A stretch of DNA of 32,370 nt, from assembly GCA_017410745.1 (NCBI GenBank), contig JAFPPJ010000290.1:1-32370 (forward strand), read 5' to 3'. Below are positions 27,360 to 32,370 of the stretch, piece after piece. Below the pieces are notes generated by a model. It made no database searches. It was given only the letters and a program-made list of their open reading frames with translations, and had not been told where the DNA came from. The DNA is from Oscillospiraceae bacterium. Its GTDB lineage: Bacteria; Bacillota; Clostridia; Oscillospirales; Ruminococcaceae. The first letter of the stretch is position 1. Each line of letters begins with the position of its first letter. A program made the position numbers and the translations under genes.

Positions 27360-29387
27360 ATGAAAAAATACACATTACTCATCGCTGTACTGCTGCTTGC
27401 AGGATGTGCACAGCAGCCTGCTCAGACACCCGCAGAGACGACACAGACGAGTCAGGAAACGCAGGCAAGCACCGAAGCCTCAACAGCGGCTGAAGAAGCT
27501 CCTTCACAGGAGGGCGCTGTTGTATTCTCTGCCGAAAGCGGCTTCTATGACCATAACTTCTCACTGGAGATGACCGCTCCGGAAGGGGCTGTGATACACT
27601 ATACCACAGACGGAAGCATACCCGATGCATCAAGCGAGGTATATACCGAACCTCTGAAAATGTCAGACCGCTCCGGGGATAAGAACAAGCTGTCCGCAAA
27701 CAAGGGCATCAGCCTTTCCTCCGACTTCGTCCCTCAGAAATTCATCAAGAAGGCGAATGTCATCCGTGCTGTGGCCGAGTATCCCGACGGCAGCCTGTCT
27801 GAGGTATCCAACCGCACCTACTTTGTGAACGTGCATGAATATCCCGTTCCCGTGATCTCTCTCAAGACTGCCGAATCAAATCTGTTTGACTATGATACGG
27901 GCATATATGTCCTTGGCAGCACCTATGAAAAATGGGCAGCGGAGCAGACCGAACACTATGAGGGCTGGCAGGCAGAAGGCAACTATTCCAACAGAGGAAG
28001 AGAATGGGAAAGGCCTGTAGACTTTGAATGGATAGGCACAGACGGCACAGTGTTCGATCAGGAATGCGGAATGAGGATAATGGGAGCTGCATCAAGAACT
28101 GCTCTTCAGAAGAGCTTCCGCATCATCGCAAGAGAGGAATACGGCAATAAGAATTTCAAATTCCCTCTTATACCCGGGAATATGAGAAGCGACGGCACCG
28201 GAGAGGTCAAGAAGTACCGTTCGTTCATCATACGAAACGGCGGCAATGACTGTGACTATGCCAAGTTCCGTGATCCTATGATACAAAAGCTCGCTTCATG
28301 CGGCGATTTTGAGACGATGCAGTATCAGCCTGTGGTGGTATTCATCGACGGTGAATACTGGGGGCTATACACTCTTGCCGAGGATTATTCAAGTCATTAC
28401 ATCGAGAACAACTACGGCACTAAGGATGAGGATGACGTATTCGATGACAACAACATCGTGATCGTCAAGAAGAATGAGATCGAAGACGGCAAGGACGAAG
28501 ACCTGGCACTGTACAACGATATGTTCGACTTCATAACCTCCAACGATATGCGCGAACAGACCAACTACGAAAAGGCTGCATCCATGATGGATATGCACAG
28601 CTATGCGGATTATCTTGCACTCCTGCTGTACACATACAACCGCGATGCATACTATGACGGAAACAACTGGGCAATGTGGCGCGTAAGGCAGACCGGCAGC
28701 GAAGAAAAAGCCGACGGGCTGTGGAGGATGATGCTGTTTGATACAGAGTTTTCTTCCGGTCTTTACAATGACGGCACCGATTATCACGACAACAATATAA
28801 AGGAAGTACTCGGCCGCACTCCATCGGATACGGATGATGACGGCGAACCGTACCGTGATCCGCTGTTTCTTATGCTTTCTCTCGTGGAGAACCATGATTT
28901 CAAGAATGAGCTGATCAATTCCATGTGCGACATGAGAAATATCTGCTTTGAGAAAGACAGAGTGCTCAATGAGATCGCAGAATTCTACGAGGTATACTCC
29001 CCTCTTGCTCCGGACACCTTTGAACGCTTCGGCCCTGACTGGGTGCTCGGATGGGATCCTGCAGGATACTACGGATTCCAGTCGGATGTAGTCGCTACCT
29101 TCTTTAACGGAAGGTATGACGTATTCCCCGACCTGGTGGAGGATGCACTGGAATGCGGCGAACAGGCACACATCCACATAAGCTACGATGATACAAAGGG
29201 CACGGTATATGTAAACGACAAGCCTGTGCCAAAGGAATTTGACGGCATATACTTTGCAAACGTCCCTATCAGGATAAGCGGTGAATCATCCGAAGGCAAC
29301 GCTGTATTTGAATGTGACGGATGCACAGAGGAAAACGGACAGCTCATACTCACCAAGGAGCAGACTGTCAAGGTAACTTTTGAATAA
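27360..29387 (+). CDS. CotH-kinase-family lipoprotein with Fn3-associated domain
   Basis: Lipobox LAGC; [10 protein letters not shown] (Fn3_assoc); [24 protein letters not shown]...GNN, FDTE. Confidence 0.85.
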   Translation: MKKYTLLIAVLLLAGCAQQPAQTPAETTQTSQETQASTEASTAAEEAPSQEGAVVFSAESGFYDHNFSLEMTAPEGAVIHYTTDGSIPDASSEVYTEPLKMSDRSGDKNKLSANKGISLSSDFVPQKFIKKANVIRAVAEYPDGSLSEVSNRTYFVNVHEYPVPVISLKTAESNLFDYDTGIYVLGSTYEKWAAEQTEHYEGWQAEGNYSNRGREWERPVDFEWIGTDGTVFDQECGMRIMGAASRTALQKSFRIIAREEYGNKNFKFPLIPGNMRSDGTGEVKKYRSFIIRNGGNDCDYAKFRDPMIQKLASCGDFETMQYQPVVVFIDGEYWGLYTLAEDYSSHYIENNYGTKDEDDVFDDNNIVIVKKNEIEDGKDEDLALYNDMFDFITSNDMREQTNYEKAASMMDMHSYADYLALLLYTYNRDAYYDGNNWAMWRVRQTGSEEKADGLWRMMLFDTEFSSGLYNDGTDYHDNNIKEVLGRTPSDTDDDGEPYRDPLFLMLSLVENHDFKNELINSMCDMRNICFEKDRVLNEIAEFYEVYSPLAPDTFERFGPDWVLGWDPAGYYGFQSDVVATFFNGRYDVFPDLVEDALECGEQAHIHISYDDTKGTVYVNDKPVPKEFDGIYFANVPIRISGESSEGNAVFECDGCTEENGQLILTKEQTVKVTFE

Positions 29388-29836
29388 TGGAAAGAGTAGA
29401 AATATTTACAGACGGTGCTTGCAGCGGCAACCCCGGCCCCGGCGGCTGGGGCGCACTTCTGCGGATAGGCGGACATTCAAAGGAACTGTCCGGCGGAGAA
29501 GCACAGACCACCAATAACAGGATGGAGCTCACTGCGGTGATAGAGGCGCTCAGTGCTCTGAAACGCCCATGCAGCGTGGTACTTACCACCGACAGCAGGT
29601 ATGTTGCTGACGGCATCAGCAAGGGATGGGCTCGTTCGTGGAAAAAGAACGGCTGGGTAAAAAGCGACAAGAAGCCTGCCCTCAATGCCGATCTCTGGGA
29701 GCGGCTTCTTGATCTTCTTGATGTGCATGACGTCGAGATCGTATGGGTGAAGGGCCATCACGGACATCCGGAAAATGAACTGTGTGACAGGCTCGCTGTC
29801 GCACAGCGCGACATATACAGTTCAAAGACCTTGTAA
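29387..29836 (+). CDS. rnhA: Ribonuclease HI
   Basis: [39 protein letters not shown]. Confidence 0.97.
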   Translation: MERVEIFTDGACSGNPGPGGWGALLRIGGHSKELSGGEAQTTNNRMELTAVIEALSALKRPCSVVLTTDSRYVADGISKGWARSWKKNGWVKSDKKPALNADLWERLLDLLDVHDVEIVWVKGHHGHPENELCDRLAVAQRDIYSSKTL

Positions 29837-29854
29837 AGGACGTGACATTAAGCC

Positions 29855-30991
29855 ATGATCTATGCTGACTGCGCTGCTACCACTCCGGTATCCGATACGG
29901 TGCTCCGTGCGATGATACCATTTCTTACGGATAGCTACGGCAACCCGTCATCCATCTATGGAGCCGGCAGAGCCGCATCCCGTGCTGTGGAAGATGCTCG
30001 GGAACGGATCGCGGCAGTACTCGGATGCCGCCCTGATGAACTCATATTCACATCCTGCGGCTCCGAATCGGATAATCACGCGCTCACTGGGATACTCCCC
30101 CACACAGACAGGAAAAAGATCGTAACGGACAGCATCGAGCATCATGCCGTGCTCAATACCTGCTCTCATCTTGAAAAGAACGGATACATCCTGACTGTTG
30201 TTCCGCCCGATGGTGATGGTATCGTTTCCATACAAGGCATCGGATCGGCGACAGACAGCGATACAGCCATAGTTTCCGTTATGGCTGTCAACAACGAGAC
30301 CGGTACGATACAGCCTATACGGGAGATAGCGGATATCGCCCACAAAAACGGCGCATTGTTCCATACGGATGCGGTACAGGCTGTCCCCCATATGCGCATT
30401 GATCTGTCATATATAGACCTTATGAGCATATCCGGACATAAGTTCCACGCACCCAAGGGCATAGGACTGCTGTATGCAAAGAAAGGCACGAAGCTCGACA
30501 GCTTCATATTCGGCGGCCCTCAGGAACGCGGCCTTCGAGCAGGTACACAGAATGTTGCAGGCATTGTTGGCATGGCGACGGCTCTTGAGGAAACTGTAAA
30601 AGATATGGAGCAGCGTGAGAGCATCCTGCTCGATGAGAGGAATTATATCCTGTCGCGCCTGTTCAATGATATACCCGATATATGTCTGAACGGCTCTGCT
30701 CAAAAGCGCATAGCCGGGAATATCAACATATCCATACCGGGATGCGAGACCGAGACTATGCTCCTCATGCTCGACAACAAGGGAATATGCGCTTCGGGCG
30801 GCTCTGCTTGCGCAAGCGGAGCTCTGGGTGGTTCACATGTCCTGCAGGCTATGGGCAAGGATGAAAGGACGGTAAGTTCTTCACTGAGGCTGTCATTCCT
30901 TGAGCCTGTCGGCAGGGATAAATGTGACGAGCTCTGTGATGCAGTTATATGGGCAGCGCAGACTATACGCCGTCTCAGGAGCGGAAAATGA
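29855..30991 (+). CDS. iscS: Cysteine desulfurase (IscS/NifS group I)
   Basis: AATTP, GNPSS, EHHAV, HTDAVQ, SGHKF (PLP Lys), SGGSACAS (catalytic Cys). Confidence 0.93.
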   Translation: MIYADCAATTPVSDTVLRAMIPFLTDSYGNPSSIYGAGRAASRAVEDARERIAAVLGCRPDELIFTSCGSESDNHALTGILPHTDRKKIVTDSIEHHAVLNTCSHLEKNGYILTVVPPDGDGIVSIQGIGSATDSDTAIVSVMAVNNETGTIQPIREIADIAHKNGALFHTDAVQAVPHMRIDLSYIDLMSISGHKFHAPKGIGLLYAKKGTKLDSFIFGGPQERGLRAGTQNVAGIVGMATALEETVKDMEQRESILLDERNYILSRLFNDIPDICLNGSAQKRIAGNINISIPGCETETMLLMLDNKGICASGGSACASGALGGSHVLQAMGKDERTVSSSLRLSFLEPVGRDKCDELCDAVIWAAQTIRRLRSGK

Positions 30992-31091
30992 CCCTCAAGA
31001 TATTTCCAATGTATGAATGTGTCAGTTCTAAAACGATTACATTTGTGTAATATCACGAAAAAATAAGGTTCTCATTTGTTTAATTTGATAC

Positions 31092-31120
31092 TTGATAGTT
31101 TTGTGACAGTATGATAAAAT
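31092..31120 (+). promoter_or_regulatory. Probable sigmaA promoter
   Basis: TTGATA, 17 bp, TG-A-TAAAAT. Confidence 0.6.
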
Positions 31121-31187
31121 GTAGATGTGAAAGCAGGCATCTGCCTGCAAATGATATGCTAAGGCATAAACATAGGAGAGATGTATA

Positions 31188-31976
31188 ATGAAAAAGTCTA
31201 AGATCCTCAGCGTTGTAAGTGCTGCTGCACTTGCTGCAAGCCTCATTTCTGTTTCAGCTGTATCCACTTCCGCAGACGAGCCCTATCATGCATATATCGG
31301 CGTTCAGTCCGCAAGCTTCACATTCCGTAATGCATGGAATGAACCCAGCTACGGTCTCGGCGTTACCGGTGATGACGGTATGGTATACTTCGATCAGCTC
31401 ACAGGCTGGGATGGCCCTACCGCTGTAAACAAGGGCGGCAATTTCACAGATGCAGAGATCACCGGCGACGGCACATACTCCGTTAAGGTAACTGATTTTG
31501 ATTTCGGCGATGATGAGACATTCAACCTTCTCTTCGTTTCCACCGATATCCCTGCAGGCGCTGCTGAGATATCTGATGTAAAGATCATACTCGATGGTCA
31601 GACCAAGTACACATTTGATGAAGCTTATCTTTCTCCCGATGAGCAGGAATACCTCCAGCCCATGGCTATCAACATCTGGAACGATGATCTCGGCAAGGAA
31701 GACGGCCTTTTCGGCTATGTAATGCCTACCGATTCCATCGAAGTACAGTTCACTGTTTCCGGCCTTTCCGCAGCTGCTGAAGAAGCTCCTGCAGAGGAAG
31801 TAGTTGAGGAAGCACCCGTTGAAGAGGCAGCTCCTGTTGAGGAAGAGGCTCCCGCTGCTGCTGCTGTTCCTGTAGAAGAGAGCGTACCCGCTGCTACAGG
31901 CAATGCATCCGCTGCTGCTGTTGCTGCTGTTATGGCTGCCGCTGCTGCTGCAATGGTAGTAAGCAAGAGAAAGTAA
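31188..31976 (+). CDS. Secreted, probably sortase-anchored acidic surface protein with a beta-rich domain
   Basis: RBS AGGAG; signal peptide (…VSTSA|DE); aromatic-rich ~165-aa domain; EEAP(A/V) repeat linker; PAATGN + hydrophobic helix + KRK. Confidence 0.85.
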   Translation: MKKSKILSVVSAAALAASLISVSAVSTSADEPYHAYIGVQSASFTFRNAWNEPSYGLGVTGDDGMVYFDQLTGWDGPTAVNKGGNFTDAEITGDGTYSVKVTDFDFGDDETFNLLFVSTDIPAGAAEISDVKIILDGQTKYTFDEAYLSPDEQEYLQPMAINIWNDDLGKEDGLFGYVMPTDSIEVQFTVSGLSAAAEEAPAEEVVEEAPVEEAAPVEEEAPAAAAVPVEESVPAATGNASAAAVAAVMAAAAAAMVVSKRK

Positions 31977-31992
31977 TATCGAGCTTAGGTCT

Positions 31993-32026
31993 GACCATAC
32001 CGTACTGCGGTACGGTATGGTCTTTT
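31993..32026 (+). terminator. Rho-independent terminator
   Basis: GACCATACCGTAC-TGCG-GTACGGTATGGTC-TTTT. Confidence 0.9.
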
Positions 32027-32035
32027 CTAAAATAC

Positions 32036-32049
32036 TGTAAACGTTTACA
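32036..32049. promoter_or_regulatory. LacI/CcpA(cre)-type operator
   Basis: Perfect palindrome TGTAAACGTTTACA fitting TGWAANCGNTNWCA. Confidence 0.7.
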
Positions 32050-32144
32050 AATAGGTATATTTTGCAAATGGACCGCTGTATGAGCGTATACAGCGTGACG
32101 TTATAGTACCCGTTTACCGTATCATCTGTTCAGGAGGTCCGCCT

Positions 32145-32370
32145 ATGGCATATATCCCTGCTGACAGGAGACGCACTGCGAGTGAACGTATGACCGATAA
32201 GCTGTACTGGGTGCTCCGTATCGGCATCGTAGTGAATGTGATCCTGCTGTTCTTCCCCTCATTCAATCCCGCAAGGGTCTGCGGTATAATGAACAAAAAC
32301 CTCTCTCTCTTCTCCTGCGGCGTATCCTATGACACGATCGTGTCTGATTTCGGACGTGCATTCAGGCAGA
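32145..32370 (+). CDS. 5' part of a membrane protein, possibly a carbohydrate ABC permease (runs off right edge)
   Basis: RBS AGGAGG, ATG 32145, frame open to the end: MAYIPADRRR...LYWVLRIGIVVNVILLFFPSFNPARVCG...; product is inferred from context. Confidence 0.65.
   Translation, partial: MAYIPADRRRTASERMTDKLYWVLRIGIVVNVILLFFPSFNPARVCGIMNKNLSLFSCGVSYDTIVSDFGRAFRQ

Noticed and set aside
31770-31955. GCT/GAA-rich low-complexity repeats
   Set aside because: Encode the Ala/Glu/Pro linker and anchor helix; not an independent DNA repeat
31993-32022. Shared CCGTACTGC..GTACGG core with the 11922 terminator
   Set aside because: Short and adequately explained as two ordinary terminators

Overview
A ~50% GC chromosomal window from a Firmicute, probably a Ruminococcus-like gut/rumen Clostridia member (inferred from the GH5, GH44 and CotH proteins and a xPxTG-type cell-wall anchor). 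No rRNA, tRNA, CRISPR array or transposase was found. From left to right: a partial, divergent GH44-like gene and an Mrp/ApbC ATPase; a 9.7-kb minus-strand operon (11437->1720) of two STAS proteins, an RsbW-like kinase, a Cache-HAMP-PP2C phosphatase, a degenerate RsbW-like protein, a miniature HlyD-like protein, an NHLM-type C39-peptidase ABC exporter pair and a PAP2 phosphatase; and, transcribed divergently from that operon, a 76-aa double-glycine-leader peptide with its own promoter and terminator. Next come a polyphosphate:AMP phosphotransferase and a mixed minus-strand operon (small Cys-rich protein, rsmA, epimerase, hypothetical, ThuA, type II PanK, ArsR, HD hydrolase, alpha/beta hydrolase, GH5, PD-(D/E)xK-like). 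A plus-strand operon follows: aroB-aroA-aroC-like-DUF4364-galK-galE-CotH-rnhA-iscS. The window ends with a cell-wall-anchored protein and the start of a membrane-protein gene behind a LacI/cre-like palindrome. The best novelty candidate is the peptide + exporter + partner-switching module, which has no modification enzyme, histidine kinase or sigma factor in the locus and may be a peptide-signalling circuit. Second is an intact aroC homologue that has lost its catalytic residues. All family calls come from motif recognition, not database searches.
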